A DNA stretch of 64,000 bases. It comes from Escherichia coli. GTDB taxonomy: Bacteria; Pseudomonadota; Gammaproteobacteria; Enterobacterales; Enterobacteriaceae. A program made the position numbers and the translations under genes. Position 1 is the first letter of the stretch. Every line of letters starts with the position of its first letter. The DNA lies in the NCBI RefSeq assembly GCF_024223415.1, contig NZ_CP100500.1; one strand, 5' to 3'. The notes beneath the pieces are model-generated. The model did no database searches and was not told the DNA's origin. It saw only the letters and a program-made list of their open reading frames with translations. Positions 7,809 through 18,138 of this stretch are shown piece after piece.

Positions 7809-7985
7809 ATGTCAACCAATGACAACAAAAAAGAAAGATTTTCCGTACAACTACGCCTAGACGCAGATTTGTTCGAGCGTTTAAGTATTGCCATGAAAGA
7901 AGATGGCGACGATAACCGATCTGGATGGATCAAAAGGCTTTTACGACGCGAATTAGATAAACGCGGCATTGAGTCAAAAAGCTGA
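7809..7985 (+). CDS. Ribbon-helix-helix (CopG/Arc-like) DNA-binding protein (58 aa)
   Basis: Predicted beta strand then two helices (ERFSVQLRLDADLFERLSIAMKEDG...WIKRLLRREL) typical of RHH regulators; SD-like agagg upstream. Confidence 0.45.
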   Translation: MSTNDNKKERFSVQLRLDADLFERLSIAMKEDGDDNRSGWIKRLLRRELDKRGIESKS

Positions 7986-8202
7986 CAGCCAACCAGCAAG
8001 CCAGCACACTGATCACATTGCCCACCAGCCGCAAATGTGGCATTGTTGGTGATGCTTTTGTTTTCCCTTGTTCCCACTGGCGACCCTTTTGCGGTCGCCT
8101 TTGTTTTGCCTGTTATCCGGCAATTGTGGCGCTTCGCCACACGGTTTATATAACCCCACTGCTCAGATTCATTTTTTGCGCAGTAGGTTAATTGTTCGCA
8201 AG

Positions 8203-8231
8203 GGCGGCTCCTTATCGGGGCCGCTTTTTTC
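8203..8231 (+). terminator. Intrinsic terminator (+ strand) ending the small-ORF transcription unit
   Basis: Hairpin gcggctcc/ggggccgc at 8204..8223 followed by TTTTTT. Confidence 0.5.
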
Positions 8232-8256
8232 GTGTTTGTCATATCTGTGATACCCG

Positions 8257-8463
8257 TTAAGCAGCCGTTCCGCGTGCTTCCTGTTCGCGTTCTTTCTGCC
8301 AGGCCAACACATCATCCTCATACCATCCGCGACGGCGTAAACCAACGCGAAAACCCTGCGGAAATTCTCCGGCGTTGATCATGCTTTGCAGCGTGCTGTC
8401 TGCCTTGATGTGGATAATTTTTTTTACTTCCTGGCGAAAGATAATTTTTCTGATTGCTTCCAT
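8257..8463 (-). CDS. AlpA-family HTH regulator/excisionase-like (68 aa)
   Basis: Pattern R..V......T.....N....P......R..GW.E..V..W matches my recollection of CP4-57 AlpA; located next to the integrase. Confidence 0.6.
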   Translation of the reverse strand: MEAIRKIIFRQEVKKIIHIKADSTLQSMINAGEFPQGFRVGLRRRGWYEDDVLAWQKEREQEARGTAA

Positions 8464-8594
8464 CGTGATTTACCTTGTGAATCCGGTGTATTCCGGTGAC
8501 AAATACGGTAAATCATCGGATATGGGTAAAAACAGTTCCCACCGTTTTTAAACGGTATACACCGTTTTTTATATTGATGATTTGAAATGGAATT

Positions 8595-8620
8595 ATAAAA
8601 AAAGCGGCATTTCTGCCGCT
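8595..8620 (-). terminator. Intrinsic terminator after the 83-aa ORF
   Basis: Hairpin gcggcatttctgccgc at 8604..8619 followed on the minus strand by a 7-nt T run. Confidence 0.5.
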
Positions 8621-8630
8621 TCCAGGATTG

Positions 8631-8882
8631 TTACCGCCATTTTTTGGGCCTGCCTCCGATCTTCATAGATGCCGGACGTACGACCTTATCAATACTTACC
8701 GCCAGATTTCTGGAAGCGCCACGGGATACCAGAAAATCTACTACCTGTTTTTTTGATGGGGCCGTCGTCCTGTCCTCCGGATCGTAGGTTGACCAAAATT
8801 CATGCTGAACCATCAGGGCCAGTTGCAGCCCGTCGCAATTGCATCTGATATTTTTTTGCATCTTAACGGTTTCATGTTTCAC
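8631..8882 (-). CDS. Hypothetical protein (83 aa)
   Basis: ORF between int and alpA; basic C-terminus (GGRPKKWR); no family recognised. Confidence 0.3.
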   Translation of the reverse strand: MKHETVKMQKNIRCNCDGLQLALMVQHEFWSTYDPEDRTTAPSKKQVVDFLVSRGASRNLAVSIDKVVRPASMKIGGRPKKWR

Positions 8883-8959
8883 GGCCTTGTCGTTAAATTT
8901 GATGCAATTATACGACGGTTTTACATGGTTTTCGTAGTTTTTACTGGTTTTCTGTACAG

Positions 8960-10201
8960 CTACACGGCTCGGATACCCCTTTTACCACTGGCGAGGGTTA
9001 CGCCCGTCGCCGCAGCCTCGACAAATTCGCCCCACCAGCGCATCAGCACGATGCGTTTTTCTATGTAGTTGCTCCGGTTGTATGCCCGTCTAACTTCGTT
9101 GGTGTCGACGTGGGCAAGTGCCGCCTCTATTACGTCCGGCTCGAATCCTTCCTCGTTCGCTGCTGTGCTGAATATGGCGCGTAATCCATGAGACACCAGC
9201 ACGCCAGCGAATCCCATACGCCGCAATGCTGCGTTAGCTGTCTGGCTGTTCATCGGCTGCTGTGGGTCTTTCAGACTTGGGAAAACGTAATTGCGGTGGT
9301 GGCTGATTGGTTTCATGGCCTCCAGCACCGCCATAGCCTGACCGGAAAGCGGGATAACGTGATCCCTGCGCATCTTCATGCGTCCGGCAGGTATCGTCCA
9401 TTGCTTCGCGTCCAGGTTGATTTCATCCCACCGCGTTGATGACGCTTCGGCGGGACGGGTTACGGTCAGTAACTGCCATTCAATCAGTAATCTGGTCTGC
9501 CGTTCTGTTGCCGATACTGATAAAGCCTGCATAAGCTCGGGCAGCTGTTCGGGGCGGATTGTTGGCATATGTTTTTTTACAGGTGAGGGAAACGCCTTAC
9601 GCACATTCATAGCCGGATTGGCATCAATCAGCCCACTGTTGGCGGCGTAATCCATTACCTCATTAACGCGCTGTAAAACCCGCTTGAGTGTTTCCAGGTT
9701 GCCGCGCTCCTTGATGGGGGTAAGCACTTCAACGAACCTTCGGGCGGTGAGGGTATCTATTGGCGTGTTGCCGATGAACGGGAATACATATTTATCCAGC
9801 GAACGCCAGATGTCTTTAATCGTGTTGGGGGCCAGATTCTGGCTGATTTTCACCTGGTACCATGCCGCCGCCACATTTTCGAACGTGTTCCCTTGTCTTC
9901 GGGCCTCTGTCTCTCTTTTTTGCCTCTCGTGGTCCTGCGGGTCAGTTCCGGCACTGATTAACGTCCTGTACTCGCTACGGCGTTTTCTGGCATCAGCCAG
10001 GGAAACATCTTCAAGCGATCCAAAACTCAGCAATATTCTTTTTTTGTCCGATGGTCGGTAGTAGGAAAATCTCCAGAGTTTTGATCCAGACGGTTTGACC
10101 AGGAGAAAAAGCCCTCCGCCGTCCTGCAGGGTGTACTCCTTTTGCGCTGGTCTGGCTGCTTTGATCTGCACTGTGGTTAATGGGTGTGTTTTTCTCGCCA
10201 T
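8960..10201 (-). CDS. int: Tyrosine recombinase/integrase, P4-type with N-terminal arm-binding domain (about 413 aa)
   Basis: N-terminus (YxLxDGGGLxLxVxPSGSKxWRFxYR) typical of P4-family integrases; catalytic C-terminal domain; about 220 bp from the tRNA-Pro 3' end. Start trimmed to the second Met. Confidence 0.85.
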   Translation of the reverse strand: MARKTHPLTTVQIKAARPAQKEYTLQDGGGLFLLVKPSGSKLWRFSYYRPSDKKRILLSFGSLEDVSLADARKRRSEYRTLISAGTDPQDHERQKRETEARRQGNTFENVAAAWYQVKISQNLAPNTIKDIWRSLDKYVFPFIGNTPIDTLTARRFVEVLTPIKERGNLETLKRVLQRVNEVMDYAANSGLIDANPAMNVRKAFPSPVKKHMPTIRPEQLPELMQALSVSATERQTRLLIEWQLLTVTRPAEASSTRWDEINLDAKQWTIPAGRMKMRRDHVIPLSGQAMAVLEAMKPISHHRNYVFPSLKDPQQPMNSQTANAALRRMGFAGVLVSHGLRAIFSTAANEEGFEPDVIEAALAHVDTNEVRRAYNRSNYIEKRIVLMRWWGEFVEAAATGVTLASGKRGIRAV

Positions 10202-10234
10202 ATGTCTATGATTCCACACGAAAAAACAGGGTTT

Positions 10235-10286
10235 TAGTTATACGGCTTTAGTTATACGTCAGCCCGTATAACTAAACGTATAACTA
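10235..10286. repeat. Symmetric repeat array between int and tRNA-Pro
   Basis: TAGTTATACG at 10235 and 10249, inverted CGTATAACTA at 10265 and 10277, giving a 52-bp dyad. Confidence 0.4.
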
Positions 10287-10419
10287 AAAAATCCGGCTGA
10301 TAGCTTATAAATCCGGTGATGTTCGGTGACTAAAAAACATAAAAAAACCCGCCAATCAAGTGATTAGCGGGTTATCCCTGTCTTATCCGGTGCTTTCCGG
10401 TGATATCCGGTGGGCGATT

Positions 10420-10496
10420 TGGTCGGCACGAGAGGATTTGAACCTCCGACCCCCGACACCCCATGACGGTGCGCTACCAGGCTGCGCTACGTGCCG
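10420..10496 (-). tRNA. proL: tRNA-Pro (anticodon GGG)
   Basis: Reverse complement reads CGGCACGTAGCGCAGCCTGGTAGCGCACCGTCATGGGGTGTCGGGGGTCGGAGGTTCAAATCCTCTCGTGCCGACCA, which matches E. coli proL from memory. Confidence 0.9.
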
Positions 10497-10570
10497 ACTC
10501 GTGGCTGTTAATACTACCGTTTTCCACACCGATTGCAAGTAAGATATTTCGCTAACTGATTTATAATTAA

Positions 10571-12331
10571 TCAGTTAGCGATAAAACGCTTCTCGTCTGT
10601 CAGTACTTGCAATAACAAACTTAACTGTGGTTTTTCATCTTTCACTCTTTCACCACGTAAGTTGTAAGTGCGGTATTTACCGTTATTGTTCAGCACCAGC
10701 GTCTTTTTCGGGGTGGTAATTGCCAGCGTATCGTTATCCGCTGCGGTAACCCAGTAATGACGGCGTTGAGGGTTGAACAAATCCTGACCTTGCGAATATT
10801 CGCTGGCAGGTGTGCTGACATGTAGCAGGCGTTGCATCAGCGTCGTCATCAGATCGGTATGATCAGTCAGCGCATTAATACGCTGCGCCGGCGTGCCTGG
10901 CCAGTGAATCACTAATGGCACCTGCAGGTGACCGTGGGACCAGTCAAAGGTTTCTTCCTCTTCGCTCAGTGGAATACCCCGACCGGCAGTGATAATCACC
11001 ACCGTATTGCCCAGTTTGCCAGAATCACGCAGTGCATTGAGCACGCGGTTGATCTGGTCATCGACATTGCCTGCCGCCCGGCTATATTTCCGTGCAAATG
11101 CCTGCTGATTGCTGTCGTCAATGTTGGTGCCATTGAAAGAGACCCACGAGAACCAGCGGTTATCTTCTTGTGCGTAGCGTCCCAGCCAGTTGATCCACTG
11201 CGTGGCGGTCTGCTCGTCGGATTGGGTGCGTACGCTCGGCATCGAGAAATCTGACAACAATGCCTGACGATAAAGCGGACTGGTAAAGCCATCTGACGAG
11301 AATAGGCCCAACTGATAGCCTTGCTGGTTGAGAGCGGTAATTAACGCCGCAGGCGTACGGGTCGACAGAATGCCGTCCATATAGCTCGGTGAGATGCCAT
11401 AGAACAGGCCAAAGATGCCGTTGTCTGTAGTGTTGCCGGAGCTCATATGGCGCGTGAACGAAATATTTTGCTCAGCAAAACCTGCCAGCGCAGGCATCTG
11501 CTTCTCGAAGCGTGAGTAGTTCAGGCCATCGACAGTAATCAACAAGACATTCTGCCCGGTGCCCATATCGCGATAGCGCAGTTCGCTTAACGGATACTGA
11601 ACGGAAACGGCGTCTGGATTACCTTGCTCAATAAGACGGCGTTGATACTCCTGTGCATCAAGCAGGCCATGCTTTTCAAGAAAACGTCGCGCCGTCATCG
11701 GGTACGAAAGCGGCAGGTTAGCGCGCTGCATGGTGATCGGGCGATAGAAGTTGGCATCGGCCCAGATATACACCACATGCGAGGCGATAAAGGCGATAAA
11801 TAAGAATGCGGCCAGCGGACGCGCGAAGCGCCGACGACGCGTCAGGCTGCGCAGCTTTTGCCAGCTCCACGTCGCAAACACCAGTTCAAGCAATAAAATA
11901 ACCGGCACGCTGATGAACATCAGCTGCCAGTCGCGCGCCATCTCATTTTCGTCTGGGTTGATAACCAGTTGCCAGACGATGGGATTAAGATGGAGATGGA
12001 AACGAGTAAAGACTTCGCTATCGATCAGTAATAGCGTCATTCCCGCCGTTGCCAGAATGACGGACAAAAACCTCATCAGCCTCTGGGAGCCGACGATAAA
12101 GGTCAGCGGGAAGAGGATCAGCAAGTAGGTGGCGAACACCAGGAAGCTGAAATGGCCGATAATGCTTACGTAGGAATAAATGCGACCAGCAAGCGTGGTC
12201 GGCCAGTCGGCGATAAACAGGTAACGGCTGCCAATGACGAGCGAAAGCAGAATATTGAACAGTGCAAACCAGTGCCCCCAACTGACCATCTGGGAGACTT
12301 TTTCACGGTAGCGCTGACGATGAGTTACCAT
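10571..12331 (-). CDS. yejM: Inner-membrane protein YejM/PbgA (586 aa)
   Basis: Translated ORF recognised as E. coli YejM; conserved synteny with proL. Confidence 0.9.
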   Translation of the reverse strand: MVTHRQRYREKVSQMVSWGHWFALFNILLSLVIGSRYLFIADWPTTLAGRIYSYVSIIGHFSFLVFATYLLILFPLTFIVGSQRLMRFLSVILATAGMTLLLIDSEVFTRFHLHLNPIVWQLVINPDENEMARDWQLMFISVPVILLLELVFATWSWQKLRSLTRRRRFARPLAAFLFIAFIASHVVYIWADANFYRPITMQRANLPLSYPMTARRFLEKHGLLDAQEYQRRLIEQGNPDAVSVQYPLSELRYRDMGTGQNVLLITVDGLNYSRFEKQMPALAGFAEQNISFTRHMSSGNTTDNGIFGLFYGISPSYMDGILSTRTPAALITALNQQGYQLGLFSSDGFTSPLYRQALLSDFSMPSVRTQSDEQTATQWINWLGRYAQEDNRWFSWVSFNGTNIDDSNQQAFARKYSRAAGNVDDQINRVLNALRDSGKLGNTVVIITAGRGIPLSEEEETFDWSHGHLQVPLVIHWPGTPAQRINALTDHTDLMTTLMQRLLHVSTPASEYSQGQDLFNPQRRHYWVTAADNDTLAITTPKKTLVLNNNGKYRTYNLRGERVKDEKPQLSLLLQVLTDEKRFIAN

Positions 12332-12350
12332 AACCTGTTATCTGTTTCCC

Positions 12351-12578
12351 TTAGTGCGCTTTGTCTTCGTTGATAGAGGACTGTAAGGCGCGGGCAAAAG
12401 AGTTGGCAATTGCCTGGCGTTGGGCCGGGGCAATGCTGGTGTTGATAAGGTTAGTGACCATGTTGCCTAACACCATCAGGGAAAGGTCGGTCGGAGCCTT
12501 ATGTTTTTCCAGTACGTTGAGCAGCTCTGCGAGCAATTGTTCAACCTGTTCATCACTGTAGCGGGAAATTTGTGGCAT
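12351..12578 (-). CDS. yejL: UPF0352 protein YejL (75 aa)
   Basis: Translated ORF recognised as E. coli YejL; synteny. Confidence 0.85.
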
Positions 12579-12759
12579 AAATCGAAATCAGTTAGTTGAT
12601 GAAAGGGCAACATATTACCGTAGCAACGGTTTTTTTTCTGCTTTTTTATGCGTTAAATCATTCTCGTTACGCTGCCTTCTGTAAAATGACCGCCATCTTT
12701 TATTGCGTCGCTTAACCGGCGGTGGTTGAATACCGCCCGGTCTTAAAGGAGAGTTTATC

Positions 12760-13767
12760 ATGAGTCTGGATATCAACCAGATTGCTCTGCACCAGCTTAT
12801 CAAGCGTGATGAGCAGAACCTTGAGCTGGTGTTGCGCGATTCATTGCTGGAACCGACAGAAACCGTCGTTGAGATGGTGGCAGAACTGCATCGGGTCTAT
12901 AGCGCCAAAAATAAAGCTTACGGCTTGTTTAGCGAAGAGAGTGAACTGGCGCAGACGCTGCGCTTACAGCGTCAGGGCGAAGAGGACTTTCTGGCATTTA
13001 GCCGCGCGGCAACCGGTCGCCTGCGTGACGAATTAGCGAAATATCCTTTTGCTGACGGTGGATTCGTGCTGTTTTGCCACTACCGTTATCTGGCGGTGGA
13101 GTATCTGCTGGTGGCAGTTCTGAGCAACCTGAGCAGTATGCGCGTTAACGAAAATCTCGACATCAACCCAACCCATTATCTTGATATCAATCATGCGGAT
13201 ATTGTTGCGCGTATCGATTTAACCGAATGGGAAACCAATCCAGAGTCGACCCGCTATCTCACTTTCCTGAAAGGGCGAGTAGGGCGCAAAGTGGCGGATT
13301 TCTTTATGGATTTCCTCGGGGCCAGCGAAGGATTGAACGCGAAAGCGCAAAACCGTGGGCTGTTGCAAGCGGTTGATGATTTCACTGCCGAAGCACAACT
13401 GGATAAAGCAGAGCGACAGAACGTGCGCCAGCAGGTTTATAGCTACTGTAATGAGCAGCTGCAGGCAGGCGAAGAGATCGAACTGGAATCGCTGTCGAAA
13501 GAGCTGGCAGGCGTCAGCGAAGTGAGCTTCACGGAGTTTGCGGCTGAAAAAGGCTACGAACTGGAAGAGAGCTTCCCGGCAGACCGTAGCACACTGCGTC
13601 AGTTGACGAAGTTTGCCGGTAGCGGCGGTGGCTTGACTATTAATTTTGATGCGATGCTGTTGGGCGAACGGATTTTCTGGGATCCGGCGACCGATACCCT
13701 GACTATTAAAGGCACGCCGCCGAATTTGCGCGATCAATTGCAGCGCCGGACGTCCGGCGGCAATTAA
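12760..13767 (+). CDS. yejK: Nucleoid-associated protein NdpA/YejK (335 aa)
   Basis: Translated ORF recognised as E. coli YejK; synteny. Confidence 0.9.
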
Positions 13768-13860
13768 TCGGTTTTGTGTTATGAATGCCAGATGCGGCGT
13801 GAACGCCTTATCTGGCCTGCAAAAAATAGCAATATCGTAATCAGGCATAATCTGCAGATA

Positions 13861-13891
13861 CAAAAAACCCCGCCGGAGCGGGGTTTTTTAC
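13861..13891. terminator. Bidirectional intrinsic terminator between yejK and rplY
   Basis: Hairpin ccccgccggagcgggg flanked by an A run and a T run. Confidence 0.7.
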
Positions 13892-13905
13892 AACTTATTC
13901 AGCAA

Positions 13906-14298
<393 letters not shown>

Positions 14299-14314
14299 TC
14301 AATCAAAACTACCA

Positions 14315-16075
14315 TTAACCGCGTAATTCGTGTGCCCGACGAAAACGACCTTCGTAATCGAACACTTTTTCACGCACTTGCCAGTACTGACCTTTCATGC
14401 GGGCAACGACAAAATCCGGGTGTCGCAATAAGGCTTGCTGGGCGAGGATATCGGCGGCGGTGATCCAGCGCAGAGGGATGCCCGGTGTGCGCGTATGCGG
14501 GCGGATAAAAAGCTGCTCGAAGGCAGTTCGCTGGGCGGGCGTTTGCAGACGGAAACGCTCACTCACATCCGCGCCGTCTTCATCGTAATAGGTGATTTTC
14601 AACCATTCGCCTTTCTCGTCGTGCCCATGCTGCAAAGACATGCCGCTACAGCGTAATACCAGCGCATCTTTCAGTCGTAGCGCCGCTTTTAACATATCAT
14701 CCGGATCAACCAGTACCGTGTCACATTCGCGGCAGCGGCGAGCGGCAATATCATTTTCTGCGTTACATTGCGGGCAATTTTTAAAACGGAAACGGAAGTC
14801 ACACTGTTCGCGATGACCGTCGTCATCTTCAAACCATCCCTGACAGCGGCGACCAAAGTGTTCAATCAATGTCCCGTCGGCGGTCGTTTTCCCCCAAAAG
14901 GTGTTGGCAAAACCGCAGGCAGGGCAGAAAACCTGTACCGGAACGTTGTCACTTTTGCCTTTCGGTGTACCAACTTCCGGCGCGTAGAGATCGTGAGGAT
15001 TACCCGCATAATCAAGAATTAAGCAATCAGTCTTGCCAGGAGCGAGACGCAGACCGCGCCCGACAATTTGTTGGTAAAGACTCACTGATTCGGTAGGGCG
15101 CAGAATGGCGATAAGATCGACGTGCGGGGCGTCAAATCCGGTGGTCAGTACCGCGACGTTGACCAGATAGCGAAAACGCTGGGCTTTAAAATCTTCAATT
15201 AACACATCGCGCTCAGCGCCGGGGGTGTCGCCAGTAATCAGTGCAGCATCTTCGGCGGGTAGTAATCCCACAATCTCTTTTGCGTGTTCAACGGTGGCGG
15301 CGAAAATCATCACCCCTTTGCGCGTTGCAGCAAACTCCATAATCTGGCTGATGATGTGCGGGGTAATACGTTGTTGTTTTTTTAGCTCGCGGTTGAGATC
15401 GGCTTCGCTGAATAGCCCGTTACTCTGTGCCTGCAAGCGGCTGAAATCGTATTGCACTACTGGCATATCCAGTCGTTCTGGCGGCGTCAGATAGCCGTGT
15501 TTAATCATATAACGCAGCGGCAGTTCATAAATGCAGTCACGGAAAAGGGCTTTCTCATCGCCGCGTACCATGCCGTGATAATGGAACTGGTAGATCCAGC
15601 CTTTGCCCAGTCGAAAAGGCGTGGCAGTCAGCCCCAGCAGGCGTAAGTGGGGATTCACTTTTGTCAGGTGAGTGAGGATTTGCTGATACTGGCTCTCTTC
15701 ATCGTCACCAATACGGTGACATTCATCGACAATCAACAGCGAAAATTCACCCTGAAAGGCATCAAGATTACGGGCGACCGACTGCACGCTGCCAAATACC
15801 ACTTTACCGTGGCTCTCTTTGCGCTTTAGCCCGGCGGCAAAAATATCGGCTTCCAGCCCCAGCGCCTGATACTTTGCATGGTTTTGCGCCACCAGTTCTT
15901 TAACGTGTGCCAGCACCAGCACGCGACCACGAGCCAGCCGCGCAAGTTCCGCTATCACCAGGCTTTTACCTGCACCGGTGGGCAGCACGATAACGGCAGG
16001 GGTTTTATGATGACGAAAATGGTTGAGCGTGGCATCCACGGCTTCTTGCTGATATGGGCGAAGTGTAAAAATCAT
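14315..16075 (-). CDS. radD: Putative DNA repair helicase RadD/YejH (586 aa)
   Basis: Translated ORF recognised as E. coli RadD; superfamily-2 helicase motifs (GAGKS, DECH). Confidence 0.9.
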   Translation of the reverse strand: MIFTLRPYQQEAVDATLNHFRHHKTPAVIVLPTGAGKSLVIAELARLARGRVLVLAHVKELVAQNHAKYQALGLEADIFAAGLKRKESHGKVVFGSVQSVARNLDAFQGEFSLLIVDECHRIGDDEESQYQQILTHLTKVNPHLRLLGLTATPFRLGKGWIYQFHYHGMVRGDEKALFRDCIYELPLRYMIKHGYLTPPERLDMPVVQYDFSRLQAQSNGLFSEADLNRELKKQQRITPHIISQIMEFAATRKGVMIFAATVEHAKEIVGLLPAEDAALITGDTPGAERDVLIEDFKAQRFRYLVNVAVLTTGFDAPHVDLIAILRPTESVSLYQQIVGRGLRLAPGKTDCLILDYAGNPHDLYAPEVGTPKGKSDNVPVQVFCPACGFANTFWGKTTADGTLIEHFGRRCQGWFEDDDGHREQCDFRFRFKNCPQCNAENDIAARRCRECDTVLVDPDDMLKAALRLKDALVLRCSGMSLQHGHDEKGEWLKITYYDEDGADVSERFRLQTPAQRTAFEQLFIRPHTRTPGIPLRWITAADILAQQALLRHPDFVVARMKGQYWQVREKVFDYEGRFRRAHELRG

Positions 16076-16224
16076 GGTCTCGCGTAGGTAGATTATTCTG
16101 CTAATAGTATGCCACGGATCTTTTTCCCTTGAGGGATGTTATTAGACCGCTATACTGGGCAGACAACAGTTCAGATTTTCGGGTCATTACCCGACCTCCG
16201 TTTTTTACAGGCAAAATCACACAC

Positions 16225-16920
16225 ATGCGACTTGATAAATTTATCGCACAGCAACTCGGCGTTAGCCGTGCTATTGCCGGGCGTGAAATCCGCGGCAATC
16301 GTGTCACCGTCGATGGCGAAATCGTCCGTAATGCAGCGTTCAAACTGCTTCCTGAACATGATGTCGCTTATGATGGCAACCCGCTGGCGCAGCAACACGG
16401 TCCACGTTACTTCATGCTCAATAAGCCTCAGGGCTATGTTTGCTCCACGGACGACCCTGATCACCCAACGGTGCTCTATTTTCTAGATGAACCAGTGGCG
16501 TGGAAACTGCACGCCGCAGGGCGGCTGGATATCGATACCACCGGTCTGGTGCTAATGACTGATGATGGTCAGTGGTCGCACCGCATTACTTCTCCGCGCC
16601 ATCATTGCGAGAAGACCTATCTGGTGACGCTGGAATCACCCGTAGCTGACGATACGGCAGAGCAATTTGCTAAAGGCGTGCAGCTGCATAACGAAAAAGA
16701 TCTCACTAAGCCGGCGGTGCTGGAAGTGATTACCCCAACGCAGGTTCGTCTGACCATCAGCGAAGGGCGTTATCATCAGGTGAAACGCATGTTCGCCGCT
16801 GTGGGTAACCATGTGGTTGAGCTGCATCGTGAACGTATTGGCGGCATTACGCTGGATGCTGATTTAGCCCCCGGTGAATATCGTCCGTTAACTGAAGAAG
16901 AAATTGCCAGCGTCGTCTAA
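16225..16920 (+). CDS. rsuA: 16S rRNA pseudouridine(516) synthase RsuA (231 aa)
   Basis: Translation from [15 protein letters not shown] matches E. coli RsuA; raw ORF extension trimmed. Confidence 0.9.
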
Positions 16921-16947
16921 CTTTTCAATGACTTTCAGGAGCCCGTT

Positions 16948-18138
16948 GTGACCACCCGACAGCATTCGTCGTTTGCTATTGTTTTTATCCTTGGCCTGCT
17001 GGCCATGTTGATGCCGCTGTCGATTGATATGTATCTGCCCGCGCTACCGGTAATTTCAGCGCAGTTTGGCGTACCGGCGGGCAGTACGCAGATGACCCTC
17101 AGTACTTATATTCTGGGCTTTGCGTTGGGGCAGTTAATCTACGGGCCGATGGCAGACAGCTTCGGGCGTAAGCCGGTGGTTCTTGGCGGTACGCTGGTGT
17201 TTGCCGCCGCCGCGGTGGCGTGTGCGTTGGCACAAACCATCGATCAGCTGATTGTGATGCGTTTCTTCCACGGGCTGGCGGCGGCTGCGGCCAGCGTGGT
17301 TATCAACGCCTTGATGCGTGATATCTACCCGAAAGAAGAGTTCTCGCGGATGATGTCGTTTGTCATGCTGGTGACAACCATTGCACCGCTGATGGCACCG
17401 ATAGTTGGCGGCTGGGTGCTGGTGTGGCTGAGCTGGCATTACATCTTCTGGATCCTCGCCGTGGCGGCGATTTTGGCTTCGGCAATGATCTTCTTTCTGA
17501 TCAAAGAAACCTTACCACCGGAGCGTCGCCAGCCTTTTCACATTCGTACCACTATTGGTAACTTTGCGGCGCTGTTCCGCCATAAACGTGTCCTGAGCTA
17601 CATGCTTGCCAGTGGTTTCAGCTTTGCCGGGATGTTCTCGTTCTTAAGCGCCGGACCGTTTGTCTACATTGAAATTAACCACGTCGCGCCGGAAAACTTT
17701 GGTTATTACTTTGCACTAAACATTGTTTTCCTGTTCGTGATGACCATCTTTAATAGCCGCTTCGTCCGCCGTATTGGCGCGTTAAATATGTTCCGCTCTG
17801 GGTTGTGGATACAATTTATTATGGCAGCGTGGATGGTCATCAGTGCGCTGCTGGGGCTGGGATTTTGGTCGCTGGTGGTTGGCGTTGCGGCGTTTGTGGG
17901 CTGCGTGTCGATGGTGTCATCCAATGCGATGGCGGTCATTCTTGATGAGTTTCCCCATATGGCGGGAACGGCATCTTCGCTGGCAGGAACCTTCCGTTTT
18001 GGCATAGGGGCAATTGTTGGCGCATTGCTTTCTCTTGCGACCTTTAACTCTGCATGGCCGATGATTTGGTCAATTGCATTCTGCGCAACCAGCTCCATTC
18101 TCTTCTGTCTGTACGCCAGTCGGCCGAAAAAACGGTGA
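16948..18138 (+). CDS. bcr: Bicyclomycin/multidrug efflux MFS transporter Bcr (396 aa)
   Basis: Translated ORF recognised as E. coli Bcr; multi-helix membrane protein. Confidence 0.9.
   Translation: MTTRQHSSFAIVFILGLLAMLMPLSIDMYLPALPVISAQFGVPAGSTQMTLSTYILGFALGQLIYGPMADSFGRKPVVLGGTLVFAAAAVACALAQTIDQLIVMRFFHGLAAAAASVVINALMRDIYPKEEFSRMMSFVMLVTTIAPLMAPIVGGWVLVWLSWHYIFWILAVAAILASAMIFFLIKETLPPERRQPFHIRTTIGNFAALFRHKRVLSYMLASGFSFAGMFSFLSAGPFVYIEINHVAPENFGYYFALNIVFLFVMTIFNSRFVRRIGALNMFRSGLWIQFIMAAWMVISALLGLGFWSLVVGVAAFVGCVSMVSSNAMAVILDEFPHMAGTASSLAGTFRFGIGAIVGALLSLATFNSAWPMIWSIAFCATSSILFCLYASRPKKR

Larger units (their letters stand above)
1..10419. mobile_element. Integrated phage-satellite-like island at tRNA-Pro; left boundary not within window
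   Basis: Contiguous non-backbone block abutting the 3' end of proL, with integrase, AlpA-like, RepA-like helicase plus iterons, SSB and lambda-like capsid genes, almost all on the minus strand reading away from int. In K-12 proL is followed by yejO/narP instead. Confidence 0.7.

Noticed and set aside
6743-8242. The upstream 500 codons of the 595-aa minus-strand ORF as a real large protein
   Set aside because: Translation is Arg/Ser/Cys/Trp-rich with no domain-like segments and overlaps + strand small ORFs that have SDs. Only the last 95 or so codons look coding. The statistical oddity of the open frame is kept as a finding.
1-10419. The island being phage P4 itself or a complete lambdoid prophage
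   Set aside because: No sid, psu, delta or 777-aa alpha primase-helicase homologs as in P4; no terminase, portal, protease or tail genes as expected for a complete prophage in the 10 kb next to int.
16129-16224. N-terminal 32-codon extension of rsuA (similar raw-ORF extensions at rplY, yeiP, yeiW, lpxT, yejF, yeiL)
   Set aside because: The known proteins start at internal Met codons; the extensions are upstream open frame only.
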